A stretch of DNA of 64,000 bases from Macrostomum lignano (taxonomy: Eukaryota). A model generated the notes under the pieces. It saw nothing but the letters and a program-made list of their open reading frames with translations, was not told the origin of the DNA and did no database searches. The stretch is taken from assembly GCA_002269645.1 (NCBI GenBank), contig NIVC01002567.1, positions 1-64,000 on the forward strand. The letters run 5' to 3'. Made by a program: the position numbers and the translations under genes. Positions 1 through 12,700 of the stretch are shown here, in pieces (position 1 is the first letter of the stretch; every line of letters begins with the position of its first letter).

Positions 1-2973
1 TCGTGCAGTGTCTGGCGATCGTCTTCTGCGAGCACTGGTGCCCTTGATGCGCTAATTCGAGCATCTGCTGCCGCAGATCAGCTGGCACGACGATTCGGTG
101 GTGTCGAAGGAGGACCCCGTCAACCGCAGACAGCTCCTCTCGCAGCGCGTGGAGCGAGCGCATCTCGGGGTTGGAGCGATCCCACCGACCGCCTTGCGTC
201 GCCGCTATCGCCGCCCGGATGACTGGGTCGCTGGCAGAGCTCTTGCGGATGTCTTGGAGTGTCAGCGCCATCGGCACAGCCGCCTGCGCTACCTCGTTGA
301 TGTAGGCCTCCTCCGCTGCTCGCCAAAACTTCCGTCGTGCTCACTTAGGGGCTGCCTGTTGAGTACATCTGCAGCATTGGAGGCTCCCGGCTGATACTCG
401 ACCTTGAACACTAGTGCTGGATCCTCAGCGCCATTCGCTCGACTCGTGGAGGCGGCCGCGACCCAGGCGCGAACATGGCCGTCAGCGGCTTGTGATCAGA
501 GACCACTGTGAACTGGGGCGATCCATGCAGGTAGTACTCAAACTTCAGGCAGCCGAACTTCACGGCGAGTGCTTCTTTTTCGGTCTGCGAATATCGCCGC
601 TCGACATCGGAGAGGGTCCGGCTGGCGTATGCGACCGGCCTCGAGCTGCCGTCGCGCTGCACCTGCGCCAGGATGGCGCCCAGTCCGGTCGGCCCCGCGT
701 CCACAATCAGCTGCGTGTGTAGCCGCTTGTCGTAAAAAGCCAGCGTTGTCGGCTCCGCGATGCTGCGCTTCAGCTGCTCAAAGGCGCTGGCCTGGTCGGC
801 GCCCCACTGCCAGTCGACGGTCTTCCTGGTCAGGCGCCGCAGCGGCTCCGCCACCTTGGCCAGCTGTGGCGTGAACACGGCGAGGTAGTTCACGAGGCCC
901 AGGAATGAGCGAAGCTGCCCAATCGACTCGGGCTCCTTGAAGTCTTGAACGGCGGCGACCTTGCTCTCCGTGGCCTGGACCCCTTCCGCCGTGAGCCGCA
1001 TTCCCATGAACTCGATGCTGCTGCGCGCCAGTCGGCATTTCCGAGCGTTCAGCGTGATGCCATGCTGCGCCAGGCGGGCCAGACATGCCTCGAGGCTGCT
1101 GTTGTGCTCCGCCATCGTGCGGCCGAACACGACCACGTCGTCGTGGATCCATTTGACGTTGGGCAGACCAGCCAGCACTCGACTCATCACATTCTGCAGG
1201 ATCTCCTGGGAGGTGGACAGGCCCATGCACAGCCGGGTGAGACGGCGAAGCCCGCGAGGCGTCGAGAATGTTAGCAGGTTGCGGCATTTCTCGGCGACAG
1301 GCACCTGGTAGAACGCCTTCGCGATGTCCAGCTCTGAGAACACAGTGCTGCCAGCCATGTCCCCGGTCACCTCCTCGAAAGTCGGAATCTGGTGTCGCTC
1401 GCGGATGACAAAGCGGTTGACATCGCGGAGGTCCTGCGTGATGCGCACCTCTCCCGGCTCCTTCTTGGGCACGACGACCATCCGCGCGACCCACGGCGCC
1501 GGGCCGTCGACGGGCTCAATGATCCCGAGCTGCTCTAACAACTGCAGTTCCTTGTCCACCGCGTCTGCCAGGTGGATCGGCACCTTCGAAGGCGCATGGC
1601 AGACCGGGCGGGCGCTGTCGGTGAGGTGGATGTCGGCAGGCGGCCCGGTGAAGCAGCCGATTCCGCTGAACACGCTGGCGTGCTTGCGCAGCACCCTGCC
1701 GATGTCCTTGACGTGTCCTTGAGGCACTCCGCTGGATCTCGTGCCGCTGAGAAGGCCATCGACCGCCGCCTCCGCTTCAGCGACCTGCAGCACCTGCTGT
1801 CCGGCTGTCGGTGGTGGCCCGACCCGCAGGATGTCCATCTGAGTGGCCGTCTGCCTGCCGATGATGGTGATGCCTCTCCCTTCGACGACGTGGAACGTGG
1901 CGACTGCCTGCCGGCCGAAAATGCGGACGTCCATCGCCGCCTTGCCCAGCAGCTGCATCGGCCTGTCCGACCCGTACGCGAACAGCCTGTCCGAGGTGGT
2001 CTGCAGGTGCGGCCGCTGTCTCAGACTCTCGAACGTGGCCCGGTTGATCACATTTCGAGCCGCACCGCTGTCGATCAACACCGACAGTCTGGAGCCGTTG
2101 ATCTCGGCTATTGTGTGGGCCGACTGCTCACCCTGATCGACCTCGAACACGCCGGAGTCCGGGTGGTCCACCTTCTGGTAGCTGGTCTCGCCTTGCAGCG
2201 TTGCGACGGCGTCGGCGCCGCTCTGCGGGGCGCCCTGCTTGGACCTGCAGGCTCGCGCGAAGTGGCCCGGCTTCCCGCACTTTCTGCAGCTCTTGCCCTG
2301 CGCTGCGGTGCACGTGGGGTGCCCTGGCCTGCCGCAGCGATCGCACGATACGTGCTGCGTTGGTGTCTGCGGCATCTGTGGCTTCTGGTCTCTTCTGACT
2401 GCTGCGAGCTGCTGCGGTTCCCCTGGCCTGTCGCTCTCCATCGCGGTGGCCTGCTGCTCCGCGGCTTCTTTCGCCCTCGCCTTTTTGAGCACATCTGCCA
2501 GGGAGATATTGTTGGTCTGCAAGAAGTCTCTCCTGAGTCTCTCAGATTCGCAGTAGGCGACGATTTTGTCACGGATCAGCGAGTCTCTGAGGGTCCCGAA
2601 CTCACACTGCTCCGCCGCCTTGCGCAGACGCTGATACCACTGGTCGATCTGCTCGCCAGGCTGCTGTCTGCAGGTCTCAAACTTGAAACGCAGGAACAAA
2701 ATGTTATTCTTCCCGTCCCAGAACGTCTGGATGTTTTTCGCGAGCTGCTGTAGTCCTATCCAGAGGCGATCTCGTTCTCTTCGACTACAGCCTGCAGCTC
2801 CTCTCCTGCGGCGTACAGCAGCAGCTGCTGCCTCGAGTCTTGTCGGTGATTCCAGCTGCATTGATGTACGTGGCGAAGCGACGAGTCCATGCAGTCCAGC
2901 GCTGTGCTGTGGAGTGGCAGTCGCTATCGATTGTAAACGGCCCGGGTGGCGCGAGTGAAATTTGCTGAGTCAT
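1..2973 (-). pseudogene. gag-pol polyprotein of the Gypsy element, interrupted by several small frameshifts
   Basis: ATG at 2973 (MTQQISLAPPGPF). Frame changes near 2830, near 2770 and near 410 (H-Y-V-F-K-V-E-Y-Q-P-G-A-S-N-A-A-D continues in another frame). Main ORF 411..2861. Confidence 0.85.
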
Positions 2974-2986
2974 GATTTTTAAAGGT

Positions 2987-3004
2987 TCAGTTCTTGCGAC
3001 GCCA
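2987..3004 (-). promoter_or_regulatory. Primer-binding site of the Gypsy element
   Basis: TGGCGTCGCAAGAACTGA lies 1 nt after the LTR-terminal CA. The TGG start is complementary to tRNA CCA. TGGCG-type PBSs are typical of Ser-tRNA-primed Mag elements; the exact tRNA was not determined. Confidence 0.75.
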
Positions 3005-3005
3005 T

Positions 3006-3178
3006 TGTAGTAACTGAGTCAGAGGCCGTGTTTGCTGTGTAGCCAAACTCTTACAAATCTCGCCGCGCTGGGCACGCGTCTATATATTATGGAGTTAGAA
3101 TTGGGGTGGCGGCACCCACCCCACTCCGCAGCCAATCAGACTGCCCGGGCGTACCATACTGTGCGTACGCACACTACA
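3006..3178 (-). repeat. 5' LTR (173 bp) of the Gypsy element
   Basis: Minus strand starts TGTAGTGT and ends TTACTACA (TG...CA with a 6-bp terminal inverted repeat). Contains a CCAAT box (3132-3136) and an AT-rich TATA-like run (3081-3090). Directly followed by the PBS. Confidence 0.88.
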
Positions 3179-3797
3179 ATGTTTTGAAGGATTCTTTTCG
3201 CCGAAAAATACACTACGAAGATAGGAAGCTTTCATTTTTCAGCAAAAATTATTATTGCTTTAGATAGGAGGCAGACCCAATGTTCGTCTTTTGATATGTA
3301 CGTTGTGCCTTTCTTATAGCTCTATTGATATTCAAAAATCTTTTCCGTCAGAAAATTAAGGATTCTGTGTCAATTTTTAAGTCTATATACATTTCCTGCA
3401 CCTAAAAATCATAAAAATGCATGAAATTTGCATGAAAAATGAAAAATGAAAAATGCGTGAAAATGAAAAATGCATGAAATTTATTCAAAGATTAAAACAA
3501 AAATCACAGAAGCAAGTTCAGAAGCGCGAGTTGATTCTGTAATTATTACAATTATAGATTCTAGTAAAAGTATAAATTAAATTTGGTATATTTTATTTGC
3601 TTAATAACTAATAATTTAGACAAAAAGTGGATTTCTTTTTAAATTTTAATCTTTCCATGAACCCTCAATATAGCGCGTGAGCTCGCCCACTGCACCTGCT
3701 TTACTTTAAAAAAGCTCAGCCTGCGTGATACTTAGCTAATGTTTTTCTGTGTCGGAAAATTGAACTTTTTGTAATTTAATCACCCGAAGCCTTCATT

Positions 3798-6700
3798 ATG
3801 GAAGGGCAGAGCAACGAAGATAGAGTTGGAATATCTGATTTTATTTTATACGACTCTCTTACCAACGAGGACATTGTCGAAAACCTTCAAGAACGGTGAG
3901 TCCACAACCGCCATCCTGGCACAATATAAGTGCCGTTTTACGCATATTTTTTCCGCTGTTTTCTTGATAAAAACGTGAAGCAAAGACTTACTTTAACCAG
4001 TTGAAATGTAGCTAATAATTTTTAGTTCTCTTTATTATGAAAGGCTGTATTTTGTTCATTTAATTTTTTGTAGTGTTGAAGATTTGTAGTGTTGAAGATT
4101 AAAGAAATATGTATGGAAGATGTTTTGGACTATACCTAATTTAGTTACCAAAAATTAGGCTGCAATTCTTTGATAAAAGAGGATATTTATTATCAGTATT
4201 TACTTAGCAGTAGATTTAAAAAAGTTGCTCTATTTAAATGGTTTATTGAATTTTAGATTTTAGCTTTTAAAACTTACTTATTCGATTTGTTAACTTTATA
4301 CTTACTTGATGTAATTTTAGTTCATTTTAAGACAAAAAATGTAAAATTTTGTTATAAATTTCGTTAATTTTGATTGAAATAAATATTTTTTATGCATACT
4401 TGCATTTTAGTCAAAAGAAGTAATTCAGCCTTTGGGTTTGGCTTTTACTTAAATGTGAATTGAAAAATTGATATCTGCTTATTTTAGCAAACTTGGTCCC
4501 ATAACTGTACTTTGAACATTAAAACCATCATAGATTCGCTAAGAACAAGATCTACACCTATATTGGCGAGATTCTGGTCTCCGTGAACCCCTATCGAGAC
4601 CTGCAGCTCTACACTGAAAAGTACATTGCGGACTATCGAAACCGAGAGCGCTACGAGCGGCCGCCGCACATCTACTGGGTGGCGGACACGGCGCACAAAA
4701 CTCTGGCCAGATTCGGGCAGGACACCTGCATTCTGATCTCCGGTGAGAGCGGCTCTGGCAAGACAGAGGCCAGCAAAGTCATTCTGCAGTATTTAGCCCA
4801 CAATGCCGCCTTCGGTGCTGGGGCCGCACCCGCCGGCTCCCGGCAGAGTCGATCGATCGATCGGCAGCGAGTTCGAGCTCAGGTGGATCGGTTAGTACTG
4901 CTGTGTACTTTTAGACAAAAAGTACATGTGTACTAATATTTGCTCGATGAAAAGTCTCTAAGCCTTTTTAATGCAATATTATTCAGACTTTGACTTTTCT
5001 CCGACAAAAGTGCACATGTACTTAAAAAATGAAACAAAAATCTAACACGAAGTACAATGATACGAGAGTTGTCTTATTGATGTGTACTTTTGTTATAGCT
5101 TTATGATTAAATGCGTATTTAAATTTTTATTAACTGTAGTAGTTTCATTTTTCTTCCACTATACTAAACAACAATCGCGACGAAAACTAAAACAAAACAA
5201 TCTGAAAAGTAAAACTAAAAGATGAAGAAATGAGGTGTGCGGCCCAAGGCGCTCGTTCATTTCTCGGACTCGAATGCAGCAAATTGAAATGTAGCGAAAA
5301 TGTTGCAATTTTTATGCCCCAGGTTTTCCGGTCTCCGTCTATTAGCTGAGGGAAGGTGGTTGCAGTTTTTGCGCAATCTGCACGCCCTGACCCGGCTATG
5401 GGACTGGCAGCTCACGGCTTGTGACTCAGGCCTTGTGAGGAAGTCTGCACTTATTCAAACTCACTGACCAAGTTCTGTGCTTTTATTTTCTATATAATGC
5501 GACTGTCGATATTGGCTTTCATTTCTGTATTAGAAATCTTCTTGTGACTCGCAACGCTCCCGATTCTATGACCCACAATGCTCCCGATTCTATGACCCAA
5601 AATGCTCCAGATTATACATGTATGACCCACAATGCTCCCGATTCTATGACCCACAATGCCCCCGATTCTATGACCCAAATTCGATGACTCACAATGATCC
5701 CAGCACTCGATGACTCACACAATGATCCCAGCACTCCGATGACTCACACAATGATCCCAGCACTCCGATGACTCACACAATGATCCCAGCACTCCGATGA
5801 CTCACACAATGATCCCAGCACTCGATGACTCACACAATGATCCCAGCACTCCGATGACTCACACAATGATCCTCATCCAGGGTGGCGGAGATCCTCATCC
5901 AGTCCACCAGCCTGCTGGAGGCCTACGGCAACGCGCAGACAACGCGGAACGACAACTCCAGCCGGTTCGGCAAGTACATGGACATCATGTTCGACTTCAA
6001 AGGCGACCCCGCCGGTGGCAGCATGCGGAACTACCTGCTGGAGAAGAGCCGCGTTGTGCACCAGCAGTCTGGGGAGCGCAACTTTCACATTTTCTACCAG
6101 ATGCTGGCGGGGCTGCCCGAGACGGAAAGAAAACGGCTGGGCCTGCCGCAGGGCTCCCTGCGCGACTTCGCGTATCTGGTGCAGGGCGGCTGCGCTGCGC
6201 TGGGGGTGAGCTGACTCACTCACCGATTCACTGACTCACTCACCGATTCACTGACTCACTCACCGATTCACTGACTCACTCACCGATTCACTGACTCACT
6301 CACCGATTCACTGACTCACTCACCGATTCACTGACTCACTCACCGATTCACTGACTCACTCAGCGATCTCACTGACTCACTCACCAATCCACTGACTTGC
6401 TCACCGATTCACTGACTCACTCACCGATTCACTGACTCACTCACCGATCTCACTGACTCACTCACCGATTCACTGACTCACTCACCGATCTCACTGACTC
6501 ACTCACCGATCTCACTGACTCACTCAGCGATCCCACTGACTCACTCACCAATCCACTGACTTGCTCACCGATTCACTGACTCACTCACCGATTCACTGAC
6601 TCACTCACCGATTCACTGACTCACTCACCGATTCACTGACTCACTCACCGATCTCGCTGGCTCACTCACCAAACTCACTGATTTACATACCTATCTGACC

Positions 6701-9700
6701 GACCGATTCACTGACTGATTCACTGACTGATTCACTCACTAATTCACTAACTGATTCACTCACTGATTCACTAACTGATTCACTCACTGATTCACTCACT
6801 GATTCACTAACTGATTCACTCACTAATTCACTAACTGATTCACTCACTGATTCACTAACTGATTCACTCACTAATTCACTAACTGATTCACTCACTGATT
6901 CACTCACTGATTCACTAACTGATTCACTAACTGATTCACTCACTGATTCACTCACTGATTCACTCACTGATTCACTCACGGATTCACTCACTCACGGATT
7001 CAATCACTCACGGATTCATCACTCATGGATTCAATCACTCACGGATTCAATCACTTCAGGTTTGATTCAATCACTCACTCAGGGATTCATCACACACAGA
7101 TTTGCTCACTGACCACTCCCGCCTCCCTTCAGAAGGAGGACGCCGCCAACTTCCGCAAAGTGACGCAGGCCATGGACTCCGTTCAGTTCTCATCGGACGA
7201 GAAGGACAGCTGCCTGAGGGTCACCGCTGCCGTCATGCTGCTGGTGAGTCGCCTGCCACTGTTGGTCCTGAACTCGAATCCCATTGAACGGGCAGCCTAA
7301 TTCGGGGTTACTCAAACTCGCAGGGCAACATGGAGTACGAGGCCGACCCGGAGGACCGGAGCAACAGCTCGGTTCGGGTGAAGTCCTCGTGCCGCCAGGC
7401 CGTGGCGCAGCTCGCCGGCCTGCTCAGAGTGCCGCCCGACGGCCTCGTCAAGGCGCTGACCTCCCGGCGCATTGTGACGGCCAGCGACTCGGTCGATAAG
7501 GCCTACGACTTGCCGCAGGCCACCTACGCCAGGGACGCCCTGGCCAAGGCCATCTACGACCGCCTGTTCAACTTCGTCTTCGAGAAAGTGAACTCGGCGC
7601 TGGCCGCCGCTGGCCACTTCGGCAGCGACGGCGACAAACGGCGGGCCATCGGCATTCTCGACATCTACGGGTTCGAGATCTTCGAGATTAACAGGTTGGG
7701 GACTGGGGCTTTGGGTGGGGCTTCAGGCTGGTTGTGTCTGACTTCAGGCTTCGGGTTTGAGTCCTTCAGGCTTCAGGTTTGAGTAGCTTCAGGCTTCAGG
7801 TTTGAGTAGCTTCAGGCTTCAGGTTTGAGTCCTTCAGGCTTCAGGTTTGAGTCCTTCAGGTTTGAGTAGCTTCAGGCTTCAGGTTTGAGTCGCTTCAGGT
7901 TTGAGTCACTTCAGGTTTGAATTCTTCAGGCTTCAGCTTTGAGTCGCTTCCGTCTCTTCAGTTTTAGGACCATTGGGTTTTAAGTATAGTTTTTATTGAT
8001 CTTTAAAAACAAATAAAAGACAAAATTCTTAATTCTGATTTTGCAGCTTCGAGCAGTTCTGCATCAACTACTGCAACGAGCGCCTGCAGCAGCTGTTTAT
8101 CGAGCTCATCCTCAAGCAGGAGCAGGAGGAGTACGAGAGGGAAGGCATCCAGTGGGAGCATGTGAGTTGCCTCTGCTGCCCGGTAGCTCGAGTTTAGTTT
8201 TGAATCAGTGTTGATCTCTTTGGTCTTCTCACTGTCACCCTTCCTCTCTCCCTTCCTCTCTTCTTCCTCTCCTTTCCTCTCTCCCTTCCTCTCTCCCTTC
8301 CTCTCTTCCTCTCTCCTTCCTCTCTCCATTCCTCTCTCCCTTCCTCTCTCCATTCCTCTCTTCTTCCTCTCTCCCTTCCTCTCTCCCTTCCTCTCCCTTC
8401 CTCTCTCCCTTCCTCTCTTCTTCCTCTCTCCCTTCCTCTCTCCCTTCCTCTCTCCCTTCCTCTCCCTTCCTCTCTCCCTTCCTCTCCTTTCCTCTCTCCC
8501 TTCCTCTCCCTTCCTCTCTCCCTTCCTCTCTTCTTCCTCTCTCCCTTCCTCTCTCCCTTCCTCTCTCCCTTCCTCTCTTCTTCCTCTCTCCCTTCCTCTC
8601 TCCCTTCCTCTCTTCTTCCTCTCCTTTCCTCTCACCCTTCCTCTCTCCCTTCCTCTCTTCTTCCTCTCCTTTCCTCTCTCCCTTCCTCTCTCCCTTCCTC
8701 TCTCCCTTCCTCTCCCTTCCTCTCTCCCTTCCTCTCTCCCTTCCTCTCTCCCTTCTCCCCTTTCTCCCCTCCTCTCTCCCTTCCTCTCTCCCTTCCTCTC
8801 TCCCTTCCTCTCTTCTTCCTCTCTCCCTTCCTCTCTCCCTTCCTCTCCCTTCCTCTCTCCCTTCCTCTTTCCACTCCTCTCTCCTCCTCTCTTCCTTCCT
8901 CTCTTCTTCTCTCTCCCTTCCTCTCTCCCTTCAGCACTCCCTCTTATTCTGTAATGCCTCACCTATTCGCCTCTCTCCTTCCATTTCGCCTGGACTCCAT
9001 ATTTAGAGCATTTGTTTATATCATTGCCCCTGGCTTTTTTTAATTCTAAATTCTGCAAATAGACGTTTCATTCATAAAGCTCTTTTATTTTGTGCAATAG
9101 TCGTAATTTTAGGGGGCCCCATGCTGTCTGGAGAAACAGAGCGTTTTTTAAGATAAGCAAGCCGGTTAAGTTTAGAACAAGATTTTCTGCAGCTCTTGCT
9201 AATAAGGCTGACTGCTGCTACAACTGCAGCCTTTGCTCGCTAGTGAAGCACCGCCTCACTTTTTGTGCTTTTCTTTGATGGTTTTAGGCTTTGCTGATAT
9301 TCTTGAATTTCTTCTTCTACGAATGTCATTTACAGCTCGCATTCTCAGATCACTTATCTCTTTCTCTCCCTTCTGTGCCTCTCCTTTCTGTGCCTCTCCC
9401 TTCTGTGCCTCTCCCTTCTGTGCCTCTCCCTTCTGTGCCTCTCCCTTCTGTGCCTCTCCCCTCTCTCCCTCTCCCTTCTGTGCCTCTCCCTTCTGTGCCT
9501 CTCCCTTCTATGCCTCTCCCTTCTGTGCCTCTCCCTTCTATGCCTCTCCCTTCTATGCCTCTCCCTTCTATGCCTCTCCCTTCTCTCCCTCTCCCTTCTG
9601 TGCCTCTCCTTTCTGTGCCTCTCCCTTCTATGCCTCTCCCTTCTGTGCCTCTCCCTTCTGTGCCTCTCCCCTCTCTCCCTCTCCCTTCTGTGCCTCTCCC

Positions 9701-12700
9701 TTCTGTGCCTCTCCCTTCTATGCCTCTCCCATCTGTGCCTCTCCCTTCTATGCCTCTCCCTTCTATGCCTCTCCCTTCTGTGCCTCTCCCTTCTATGCCT
9801 CTCCCTTCTATGCCTCTCCCTTCTATGCCTCTCCCTTCTATGCCTCTCCCTTCTCTCCCTCTCCCTTCTGTGCCTCTCCCATCTGTGCCTCTCCCTTCTG
9901 TGCCTCTCCCTTCTGTGCCTCTCCCTTCTGTGCCTCTCCCTTCTATGCCTCTCCCTTCTCTCCCTCTCGCTTCTGTGCCTCTCCCATCTGTGCATCTCCC
10001 TTCTGTGCCTCTCCCTTCTGTGCCTCTCCCCTCTCTCCCTCTCCCTTCTGTGCCTCTCCCTTCTGTGCCTCTCCCTTCTATGCCTCTCCCTTCTGTGCCT
10101 CTCCCTTCTATGCCTCTCCCTTCTATGCCTCTCCCTTCTATGCCTCTCCCTTCTCTCCCTCTCCCTTCTGTGCCTCTCCCATCTGTGCCTCTCCCTTCTG
10201 TGCCTCTCCCTTCTGTGCCTCTCCCTTCTGTGCCTCTCCCTTCTATGCCTCTCCCTTCTCTCCCTCTCGCTTCTGTGCCTCTCCCATCTGTGCATCTCCC
10301 TTCTGTGCCTCTCCCTTCTGTGCCTCTCCCCTCTCTCCCTCTCCCTTCTGTGCCTCTCCCTTCTGTGCCTCTCCCTTCTATGCCTCTCCCTTCTGTGCCT
10401 CTCCCTTCTATGCCTCTCCCTTCTGTGCCTCTCCCTTCTATGCCTCTCCCTTCTCTCCCTCTCCCTTCTGTGCCTCTCCTTTCTGTGCCTCTCCCTTCTG
10501 TGCCTCTCCCCTCTCTCCCTCTCCCTTCTGTGCCTCTCCCTTCTGTGCCTCTCCCTTCTATGCCTCTCCCTTCTGTGCCTCTCCCTTCTATGCCTCTCCC
10601 TTCTATGCCTCTCCCTTCTGTGCCTCTCCCTTCTGTGCCTCTCCCTTCTATGCCTCTCCCTTCTGTGCCTCTCCCTTCTATGCCTCTCCCTTCTATGCCT
10701 CTCCCTTCTGTGCCTCTCCCTTCTATGCCTCTCCCTTCTATGCCTCTCCCTTCTATGCCTCTCCCTTCTCTCCCTCTCCCTTCTGTGCCTCTCCCATCTG
10801 TGCCTCTCCCTTCTGTGCCTCTCCCTTCTGTGCCTCTCCCTTCTGTGCCTCTCCCTTCTATGCCTCTCCCTTCTCTGCCTCTCCTTTCTGTGCCTCTCCT
10901 TTCTGTGCCTCTCCCTTCTGTGCCTCTCCCTTCTGTGCCTCTCCCTTCTGTGCCTCTCCCTTCTGTGCCTCTCCTTTCTGTGCCTCTCCTTTCTGTGCCT
11001 CTCCCTTCTGTGCCTCTCCCTTCTCTGCAGACTCTTCCTCTCCCTTCTGTGCCTCTCCCTTCTCTACCTCTCCCTTCTCTGCCTCTCCCTTCTGTGCCTC
11101 TCCCTTCTCTACCTCTCCCTTCTCTGCCTCTCCCTTCTCTGCCTCTCCCTTCTCTACCTCTCCCTTCTCTGCCTCTCCCTTCTCTACAGACTCTTCCTCT
11201 CCCTTCTCTGCCTCTCCCTTCTGTGCCTCTCCCTTCTCTGCCTCTCCCTTCTCTACAGACTCTTCCTCTCCCTTCTCTTCCTCTCCCTTCTCTTCCTCTC
11301 CCTTCTCTGCCTCTCCCTTCTCTACAGACTCTTCCTCTCCCTTCTCTTCCTCTCCCTTCTCTGCCTCTCCCTTCTCTGCCTCTCCCTTCTGTCCCTCTCC
11401 TCCCCTATTCCATTCTCTCCGTCCCAACTCCACCGCATCTCTTCTCTCCTCTCCAAAACGCTGTACTCCACCGTGGACATCAGCAGCTGACCAGTACCAG
11501 AATTCTCTGAGCACTTTGCCTAGTGGATACCGCAGAGCACAACTCAAAGCTGAGCAGTCACTTGGCACGCCTGGAATTCCTGTCTCACCCTCAGCCACTT
11601 GGCCTCGCAGCTATTCAATATTCAGTGTGGTGAAGACATTGTGCGGGCCATTCTGCATTTATTACTGCGTGAAATGTAGTTGAGGGTCCCCAGTGTACAC
11701 TTCTAAACTGAGTTCATTGTTTAGTTTATTGCCTAATGTCTCTCTCTCTCTCTCTCTTTCTCTCTCCTGTCTCTGCCTGTTTGAGCACTCTATTGTGTCT
11801 GCTATGCGCTTGCCATTCAACTCGCGTGATAGCTCTGCTGCTTTTTTGTCGGGGCTTTTCTGATCCGTGCCGTCTCGATCTTCCTCTCTCGAAAGCGGCG
11901 TGACCGCCTGCTGCCCATCCATTGCCTTGTGGATCAGGTTTTGGGCGTGTCAAATGAGCGAATGCGGGAGAGAAATGAATTGGAAGAGATGGGGATTTGA
12001 GAGCGGATATGGGCGGTTCCCGCCGTCTTGATCTCCTTTTACAGTTTTTGTTTTGTGCGAGCTAATGAAGCTCATGCAGGACTTTGTGTGGTTATTGAAT
12101 GCCGTCTGTCTTGATTAGCGCTGCTTCGTTAATGCGTTCAGGTGTGTTCTGAGTCTGCTCACGTCACCTGAAGTCTGCGCTCTGCGCTTTGCATGCATTT
12201 GTTCTTGGCCTTGTTCTAACCTCACCTATCTCCCTTCCCACCCCTTCTTCCCCCACCCCCTTCTCCCTTCCACCCCTTCTTCCCCCACCCCTTCTCCCTT
12301 CCACCCCTTCTCCCCCCACCCCCTTCTCCCTTCCACCCCTTCTCCCCCACCCCCTTCTCCCTTCCACCCCTTCTCCCCCCACCCCCTTCTCCCTTCCACC
12401 CCTTCTCCCCCACCCCTTCTCCCTTCCACCCCTTCTCCCCCACCCCTTCTCCCTTCCCACCCCTTCTTCCCCCACCCCCTTCTCCCTTCCACCCCTTCTC
12501 CCCCACCCCCTTCTCCCTTCCACCCCTTCTCCCCCACCCCCTTCTCCCTTCCACCCCTTCTCCCCCCACCCCCTTCTCCCTTCCACCCCTTCTCCCCCCA
12601 CCCCCTTCTCCCTTCCACCCCTTCTCCCCCACCCCCTTCTCCCTTCCACCCCTTCTCCCCCCACCCCTTCTCCCTTCCACCCCTTCTCCCCCACCCCCTT

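Larger units (their letters stand above)
1..3178 (-). mobile_element. Ty3/Gypsy LTR retrotransposon, Mag-like, 5' portion (integrase and 3' LTR run off the left edge)
   Basis: 5' LTR 3006-3178, PBS, then gag (W..W.RRF..Y, two CCHC knuckles CDRCGRPGHPTC and CRKCGKPGHFARAC), protease LIDSGA, RT (WIHDDVVVFG), RNase H (DAGPTGLGAIL, YSQTEKEALAV, SDHKPL) and the integrase Zn-binding start LAHQGHQ near position 30-50. Confidence 0.96.

Noticed and set aside
400-420. Programmed ribosomal frameshift in Gypsy or PLE ORFs
   Set aside because: The breaks fall inside conserved domains, with no slippery heptamer or pseudoknot seen; single-base loss or decay is simpler.
9233-11683. 816 aa and 739 aa ORFs (SPFCA / VPLPS repeats)
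   Set aside because: Products of a 15-mer intronic minisatellite, open in several frames and on both strands.
11460-11700. Possible nested exon in unique DNA of myosin intron 6
   Set aside because: No convincing splice pair or protein motif in any frame.
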